64,000 bases of DNA. Origin: Litorivicinus sp. Lineage in GTDB: Bacteria > Pseudomonadota > Gammaproteobacteria > Pseudomonadales > Litorivicinaceae. Made by a program: the position numbers and the translations under genes. The DNA lies in assembly GCA_965656605.1 (NCBI GenBank), contig CBFHLC010000005.1, positions 8,299 to 72,298 of the forward strand. The letters run 5' to 3'. This document shows, piece after piece, positions 58,393 through 64,000 of the stretch (the first letter of the stretch is position 1; the number at the start of each line of letters is the position of its first letter). A model generated the notes under the pieces. That model was given only the letters and a program-made list of their open reading frames with translations, was not told where the DNA came from and ran no database searches.

Positions 58393-61300
58393 TTAGTAGC
58401 CTAGAACCGGAGCCAACCAACGCTCATTTTCGGCAATCGGCTCGCGGCGTTGTTGGCTGTAGTGTTCAATTTGATCCGGACCGATTTTCCCAAGCTGGAA
58501 ATACCGAGCCTGTGGGTGGGCGAAGTAAAAGCCACTGACCGACGCGGTTGGCCACATCGCCAACGATTCGGTCAGCGTGATGCCGACACTCTGATCGACA
58601 TCCAACAGCTGCCACAGCGCTTGTTTTTGGCGGTGATCCGGGCACGAGGGATAACCGGGTGCCGGGCGGATGCCTTGATACTGCTCGCGAATCAGCTCCT
58701 CGTTTGAGAGTGACTCGTCGCCAGCGTAACCCCAGATTTCAGTGCGAATCTGGTGGTGAGCCCACTCGGCAAAGGCTTCGGCGAATCGATCAGCTAGGGC
58801 CTTTAAAATGATGCTGGAGTAGTCATCATGATCCGCTTCAAAGCGCTCGATATGCGGGTCAATCCCAAAGCCTGCAGTCACCGCAAAACCGCCCACGAAG
58901 TCGTCTTGCTCGTCAACAAAGTCGACTAAGGACAGATTAGGAATGCCGTCAGCCATTTGTTTTTGTTGACGCAGGCAGGGGATGCTGACGCCGTTGACGA
59001 TTAACTGCTCACCCTCGCGGTGCGCAGGCCAAATGCCTAACACGCCTTTGGGCTCTAGCCACTTCTCACTTTTGATGCGCTCAAGCATGGCTTGGGCATC
59101 GTTGAATAGCTTGCGGGCCTCGACGCCTTTGACCGGATCGTTCAACAGGTCTGGGAAGCGTCCGCTGAATTCCCACGCATTGAAGAAGGGCATCCAATCG
59201 ATAAAAGCCTCAAGCTCCTCAAGACTCGGCGTGACGACCTGCTCGCCCAGTGTTTTGGGCGTGGGTTTCAGGCTAAAATCAGCGTTGAGCTGGTTGCTCT
59301 GGGCGTCTTCGAATTCCAGCAGCTTGACCTGGCCGCGTCCGGCGTGGGCTTTGCGCTTTTTCTCATGAGCCAGAGCAATCTCGTCGGCATAGGCCTGCTT
59401 TTCTCGACCCAGCAGGCGCTGGGCGACGCCGACCGCGCGACTGGCGTCCTTGACGTAGACCACGGTTTTTTCATAGGCCGGATCAATTTTTACAGCAGTG
59501 TGAGCCGGGCTGGTGGTGGCACCGCCAATCATCAGCGGAATGTTCAAGCCGCGGCGTTGCATCTCGCGCGCCACGTCGACCATCTCGTCTAGGCTGGGGG
59601 TAATCAGGCCAGACAGCCCAATGATGTCGGCGTTTTCACTGATGGCGGTGTCCAAAATCGTCTGTGCATTGACCATCACGCCCAGATCAATGACTTCAAA
59701 GTTATTGCATTGCAGGACCACCCCTACGATGTTTTTGCCGATGTCGTGCACATCGCCTTTAACGGTGGCCATGATGATTTTGCCGGCGCTTTGCTGCTTG
59801 CCGTCCGCTTCCGCCTCAATGAAGGGAATCAGGTGGGCCACGGCTTTTTTCATGACCCGGGCTGACTTGACGACCTGTGGCAGGAACATTTTGCCGGCGC
59901 CGAATAGGTCGCCGACCTGATTCATGCCATCCATCAGGGGGCCTTCGATGACATGCAACGGACGCTCGGCTTGTTGACGTGCTTCCTCAACATCCTCGAG
60001 TACGTGGGCGTCTATACCTTTGACCAAGGCGTAAGCCAGGCGCTCGATAACGGGTAGAGCTCGCCATGCCTGGGTTTGGACTTCGGCTTGTTGGCCGGAA
60101 TCTGCAAAGCGTGGGGCGGCATCTACCAGACGCTCGGTCGCATCCTCGCGTCGATTTAGAATGACATCTTCAACTAACTCTTTGAGCTCGGCATCCAGAT
60201 CGTCATAGATCGACAGCATGCCGGCGTTGACGATGCCCATGTCCATGCCGGCTTTGATCGCGTGATACAGAAACACGCTGTGCATGGCTTCACGCACGGG
60301 GTTGTTGCCCCGGAAGCTGAACGAGACGTTACTCACCCCGCCCGAGATCCGTGCGCCGGGGCAGGTCGCCTTGATTTCTTGGGTGGCCTCAATGAAGTCT
60401 AGGGCATAGCGGTCATGCTCAGGAATGCCAGTGGCCACCGCGAAAATATTCGGATCAAAGATAATGTCGTTGGGATCCATGCCGACCGTGTTGACCAGCA
60501 AATCGTAGGCGCGTTGGCAGATCTCGACCTTGCGCGCTCGGGTATCGGCCTGGCCGGTTTCATCAAATGCCATGACCACGCAGGCAGCGCCGTAACGACG
60601 CAGCAGACGTGCTTGCTCTAAAAAGCTATCCTCGCCTTCTTTTAGGCTGATCGAATTGACCACCGGCTTGCCTTGAACGCATTTCAAACCGGCTTCCATG
60701 ACGTGCCATTTAGAGCTGTCCAGCATTACCGGAATACGCGCAATGTCCGGCTCGGCTGCCAGCAGATTCAAAAAGCGCACCATGGCCGCCTCAGAATCCA
60801 ACATGCCTTCGTCCATGTTGATATCAATAATCTGAGCGCCGTTTTCGACCTGTTGCAGTGCGACTTCTAGGGCCGTGTCGTAGTCATCTGCCTGAATCAG
60901 CTTTCTAAAACGAGCCGATCCGGTCACGTTGGTTCGCTCGCCGACGTTCACGAATAGATCGTTTGCGCCTTGCGTCATCGGCTCTAGCCCTGACAAGCGC
61001 AGTGCGGGTTTCAGCGCCTTGGGTTGGCGCGGGGCATGATTCGCTAGGCGAGCTTTCAGAGCTTGGATGTGCTCGGGTGTGGTGCCGCAGCAGCCACCGA
61101 CGATGTTGATCCAGCCTTGGTCGGCAAATTCTGCAACGATCTCGACCATCTCATCGGCGCTTTGATCGTACTCGCCAAACTGATTGGGCAAGCCGGCATT
61201 GGGGTGCACGCTGATGGGGAACTCGCAGGTTTGCGCCAGCTCACTCAGCCAGGGACGCAACTCAGTGGCACCTAGCGCGCAATTCAAACCCACGCTGATC

Positions 61301-62025
61301 GGTTTCGCATGACGAATCGAGTTGACGAAGGCCTCGACGGTCTGACCCGACAGTGTGCGGCCACTGCCATCGGTAATGGTGCCCGAGATCATGATGTCGA
61401 TCGGCTGCCCGAGTTCTTCGGCGACACAATCAATCGCGAATAAGGCCGCTTTACAGTTGAGGGTGTCAAAGATGGTCTCGACTAAAATCACGTCCGCGCC
61501 ACCCTCGAGTAGGGCACGGGTGGCTTCTTGGTAGGTGGCGACCAGCTCATCGAAATGAATGCCGCGGAACCCGGGGTCGTTCACGTCAGGGCTGATGCTG
61601 GCGGTTTTGTTGGTGGGCCCTAACACGCCGGCGACGTAGCAAGGGCGTTGCTGCTCTTGGCTGACTTGGTCGGCCGCTTGGCGTGCCAGCATCGCGCCTT
61701 GATAGTTCAACTCATGCACCAGTGACTGCATGTCGTAGTCGGCCATCGAAGGTTCGTTCGAGTTGAAGGTGTTGGTTTCGATCAGGTCTGCGCCGGCCTG
61801 CAAGTAGTCCAAGTGGATCTGGCGAATGGCCTCAGGCTGGGTGAGGGTCAACAGATCGTTATTGCCCTTTAAGTCACTGGGCCAGTCGGCAAAGCGCGCG
61901 CCACGATAGTCCGATTCACTGAATTGATGGTTCTGAATCATGGTGCCCATGGCTCCGTCCAGGAACACCAATCGATCTTTAAGTAGTTGTGTGAGCGTCA
62001 TCCGTTCATCTCTGCGGTCAATCAA
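58393..62025 (-). CDS. metH: cobalamin-dependent methionine synthase
   Basis: About 1200 aa. Has a Hcy-binding domain ([21 protein letters not shown]), a pterin-binding domain, the B12-binding motif [11 protein letters not shown] and an AdoMet activation domain. The TTG at 62025 and the ATG at 62001 are both possible starts. Confidence 0.97.
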   Translation of the reverse strand: MIDRRDERMTLTQLLKDRLVFLDGAMGTMIQNHQFSESDYRGARFADWPSDLKGNNDLLTLTQPEAIRQIHLDYLQAGADLIETNTFNSNEPSMADYDMQSLVHELNYQGAMLARQAADQVSQEQQRPCYVAGVLGPTNKTASISPDVNDPGFRGIHFDELVATYQEATRALLEGGADVILVETIFDTLNCKAALFAIDCVAEELGQPIDIMISGTITDGSGRTLSGQTVEAFVNSIRHAKPISVGLNCALGATELRPWLSELAQTCEFPISVHPNAGLPNQFGEYDQSADEMVEIVAEFADQGWINIVGGCCGTTPEHIQALKARLANHAPRQPKALKPALRLSGLEPMTQGANDLFVNVGERTNVTGSARFRKLIQADDYDTALEVALQQVENGAQIIDINMDEGMLDSEAAMVRFLNLLAAEPDIARIPVMLDSSKWHVMEAGLKCVQGKPVVNSISLKEGEDSFLEQARLLRRYGAACVVMAFDETGQADTRARKVEICQRAYDLLVNTVGMDPNDIIFDPNIFAVATGIPEHDRYALDFIEATQEIKATCPGARISGGVSNVSFSFRGNNPVREAMHSVFLYHAIKAGMDMGIVNAGMLSIYDDLDAELKELVEDVILNRREDATERLVDAAPRFADSGQQAEVQTQAWRALPVIERLAYALVKGIDAHVLEDVEEARQQAERPLHVIEGPLMDGMNQVGDLFGAGKMFLPQVVKSARVMKKAVAHLIPFIEAEADGKQQSAGKIIMATVKGDVHDIGKNIVGVVLQCNNFEVIDLGVMVNAQTILDTAISENADIIGLSGLITPSLDEMVDVAREMQRRGLNIPLMIGGATTSPAHTAVKIDPAYEKTVVYVKDASRAVGVAQRLLGREKQAYADEIALAHEKKRKAHAGRGQVKLLEFEDAQSNQLNADFSLKPTPKTLGEQVVTPSLEELEAFIDWMPFFNAWEFSGRFPDLLNDPVKGVEARKLFNDAQAMLERIKSEKWLEPKGVLGIWPAHREGEQLIVNGVSIPCLRQQKQMADGIPNLSLVDFVDEQDDFVGGFAVTAGFGIDPHIERFEADHDDYSSIILKALADRFAEAFAEWAHHQIRTEIWGYAGDESLSNEELIREQYQGIRPAPGYPSCPDHRQKQALWQLLDVDQSVGITLTESLAMWPTASVSGFYFAHPQARYFQLGKIGPDQIEHYSQQRREPIAENERWLAPVLGY

Positions 62026-62049
62026 TGGGCAGAGATTAGTCAGATTTTG

Positions 62050-62071
62050 AATATAAAGAAAGCTTTATATT
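62050..62071. promoter_or_regulatory. perfect 9-bp inverted repeat AATATAAAG-AAAG-CTTTATATT in front of metH (candidate SahR operator)
   Basis: Located in the 69-nt gap between the sahR stop and the metH start. It is the only strong palindrome there. Confidence 0.45.
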
Positions 62072-62094
62072 ATGAATCCGGATGCATTTTGGAC

Positions 62095-63006
62095 CTAGGC
62101 GCGAGCTACAATCAGGGTGATGTCAGCCGACTGTCCAGGCAGCTCAACATGACTGTCTGGGACCAGGCCCGCGTTGCGGCACCAGGCATCAATGCTGGCC
62201 GGTGCGATGCCAAGTGGCTGGTTGGCGCCATCGCCGGTAAACGCCACGATCATCAAACGACCACCCGGCGCCAGCACCCGTGCAGCTTCGCTGACGACGG
62301 CTTCGGGTTGGTCAGCCAGATACAGCACTTGATCAATCGTGACCGTGTCAAAGCTGCTATCGGCAAATCGCATCTGGTACATGTCGTCCTGACGCACGGT
62401 GCAGTGGGATAGCCCTAGCTCCTGAAGTTTTGCCCGGGCCACATTGACCATTTTACGAGACAGATCGATGCCGGTTCCCCGGGCGCAATGCGGCCCCAAC
62501 ACTGATAACATGCGCCCGGTGCCGGTTGCGATGTCCAGCAGCTCGCCGATCGGCTCTTGGGTCATCTCGTTGACTACAGCCCTGGCAAAGGCTTCCTCAT
62601 CACCGTGTAGCTCGTGCAGACGTCGCCACTCGGGTGCTTCTTCTTCGACGTAATCCTGCGAGAGCTTGGCGCGGGCATCGCGCACATCATTCAAACGCTG
62701 GTCGTCTAAGTTCAGATCGTTGTCTTGATTCGGAAAATATTCAGCCAGGCTGCTGGCTAGACGTTGTCCGGCGCCATCCAGCGGCACGCGATAGTAAACG
62801 TGGTGTTGTTCGCGAAAGCGCTCCAGCACGCCGGCGTCACACAGTAATTTAAGGTGCCTTGAGACCCGGGGTTGCGATTGGCCTAAAATCCGGACCAGCT
62901 CGCTGACCGTCAATTCGCCGTGGCTTAGCAGTCTGACTAGACGCAGGCGGGTCGGTTCGGCAATGCTTTTTAAGGCATCGACCATTTCGATCAGATCTTT
63001 GTACAT
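62095..63006 (-). CDS. sahR: ArsR-type HTH fused to a SAM-dependent methyltransferase-like domain (SahR-type regulator of the methionine cycle)
   Basis: LKSIAEPTRLRLVRLLSHGELTVSELVRILGQSQPRVSRHLKLL is the ArsR HTH. It is followed by LLDIATGTGRM (methyltransferase motif I) and VLAPGGRLMIV. It lies directly upstream of metH-metF. The ORF is open to 63126 inside galE. Confidence 0.75.
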   Translation of the reverse strand: MYKDLIEMVDALKSIAEPTRLRLVRLLSHGELTVSELVRILGQSQPRVSRHLKLLCDAGVLERFREQHHVYYRVPLDGAGQRLASSLAEYFPNQDNDLNLDDQRLNDVRDARAKLSQDYVEEEAPEWRRLHELHGDEEAFARAVVNEMTQEPIGELLDIATGTGRMLSVLGPHCARGTGIDLSRKMVNVARAKLQELGLSHCTVRQDDMYQMRFADSSFDTVTIDQVLYLADQPEAVVSEAARVLAPGGRLMIVAFTGDGANQPLGIAPASIDAWCRNAGLVPDSHVELPGQSADITLIVARA

Positions 63007-64000
63007 CAGGCGTCCCGTTGACTGGCGAATTGCTGCCAGCGCCACGCGTCGCTGCACATTTGATCTATCTCGATTTGAGCTCGCCATCCTAACCATTGCT
63101 GCGCAAAGCCGGCGTCGGCGTAGCAACTGGCAATATCACCGGGGCGGCGCTCGACGATTTGGTAGGACACGCGGCGGCCGCTGGCGGCCTCAAAGCCCTG
63201 AATCATTTGCATCACACTCAGCCCGCACCCCGTGCCTAAGTTGACGGCATGAAATCCAGTGCTATCGGGATCCTGAAACTTTTCCAGCGCAGCCAAGTGG
63301 CCCTTGGCCAGATCAACCACGTGCAGGTAGTCGCGTACTCCCGTCCCATCGGGTGTGTCGTAGTCATTCCCGAACACGCTGAGTTGCGCTAATTCACCGA
63401 CCGCGACTTTCTGGATGAACGGCATCAAGTTGTTGGGGATACCTTTAGGGTCCTCGCCAATCAGGCCGCTGGGGTGCGCGCCGACTGGATTGAAGTAGCG
63501 AAGGGCGATTGCCTGTGACTGGGGATCCGCCGCAGCCCAGTCCTGCAGGATTCGTTCGACCATGTATTTGCTGGTGCCGTAGGGATTGGTCGTGCCGCCA
63601 GTGGGTGCCTGTTCGGTAATTGGCAGGCTTTGCGGGTCGCCGTAGACGGTCGCAGACGAGCTGAAGACCATGCGATGGCAGTTAAATTCACGCATGATTT
63701 GTAGCAGCTGTAAAGTTCCGGCGACGTTGTTCTCGTAGTATTCCAATGGCTTGGCGACCGATTCTCCGACCGCCTTGAGCCCTGCTAAGTGCAGCACGGC
63801 GCTGGGTTGATGAGCCTTGAAGGTCAGCTCCAGTACGCGACGGTCGCGAACGTCGCCCTCAACAAAAATCACCTGATGTCCGGTGATTTGTTCAACTCGA
63901 TCCAGGGCGTCCGCATCGCTGTTGCTGAGGTTATCCAGCACGACCGGCTCGATGCCGGCTTGAATCAGCTCGACCAAGCAGTGGGTGCCGATATATCCGG
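63006..64000 (-). CDS. galE: UDP-glucose 4-epimerase (partial; 5' end runs off the right window edge)
   Basis: [25 protein letters not shown] (YxxxK) and RDYIHV-like [13 protein letters not shown] are GalE motifs. Upstream of the first Met the frame stays open ([11 protein letters not shown]) to the window end. Confidence 0.92.
   Translation of the reverse strand, partial: GYIGTHCLVELIQAGIEPVVLDNLSNSDADALDRVEQITGHQVIFVEGDVRDRRVLELTFKAHQPSAVLHLAGLKAVGESVAKPLEYYENNVAGTLQLLQIMREFNCHRMVFSSSATVYGDPQSLPITEQAPTGGTTNPYGTSKYMVERILQDWAAADPQSQAIALRYFNPVGAHPSGLIGEDPKGIPNNLMPFIQKVAVGELAQLSVFGNDYDTPDGTGVRDYLHVVDLAKGHLAALEKFQDPDSTGFHAVNLGTGCGLSVMQMIQGFEAASGRRVSYQIVERRPGDIASCYADAGFAQQWLGWRAQIEIDQMCSDAWRWQQFASQRDA

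Noticed and set aside
62026-62094. Searched the metH leader for a cobalamin, SAM or SAH riboswitch.
   Set aside because: The spacer is only 69 nt and lacks the conserved cores of those aptamers. The palindrome plus the adjacent SahR-type regulator is a simpler explanation.
1-64000. Looked for rRNA, tRNA, tmRNA, CRISPR arrays, IS/transposase genes, prophage modules, and defence-system hallmarks (restriction-modification, Cas, abortive-infection or intact toxin-antitoxin pairs).
   Set aside because: I recognised none by eye. Intergenic spaces are mostly under 150 nt. The only toxin-related sequence is the RES remnant, and the only recombinase-related sequence is the 93-aa SAM-like domain ORF.

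Overview
By eye this is a moderately GC-rich, densely packed core-chromosome segment of a gammaproteobacterium. The gene order is Pseudomonas/Marinobacter-like: nadB, then divergent rpoE-rseABC-degP, then lepA-lepB-DUF4845-rnc-era-recO-pdxJ-acpS. After these come malate synthase G, a roughly 1 kb decayed patch, a MocR-type regulator, lipA-gcvH, glyA, mdh, a LysR regulator, a K+ channel, isocitrate lyase, argO-bioA, proS, purMN, hda, recA, a thiamine salvage locus with a TPP riboswitch, glcDEF, mfd, pdxB, recX, and galE-sahR-metH-metF. I recognise almost every ORF as housekeeping. I found no rRNA, tRNA, CRISPR array, IS element or intact prophage/integrase, and no convincing new multi-gene system. 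I consider this an ordinary region with a few modest leads. The leads are: (1) tandem covarying hairpin units after glcB, next to RES-toxin and EamB/LysE gene remnants; (2) an orphan minus-strand terminator suggesting a small RNA divergent from a LysR gene; (3) a Nudix / thiamine pyrophosphokinase / TPP-riboswitch-thiBPQ salvage module with an unclear expression platform; (4) a stand-alone integrase SAM-like-domain ORF abutting recX, which lies 17 kb from recA; (5) a SahR-type regulator with a perfect palindrome in front of metH-metF; (6) convergent genes that share stop-codon nucleotides at 7 of 9 convergent junctions. All functional calls come from my own reading of the translated ORFs and motifs; no database search was run.
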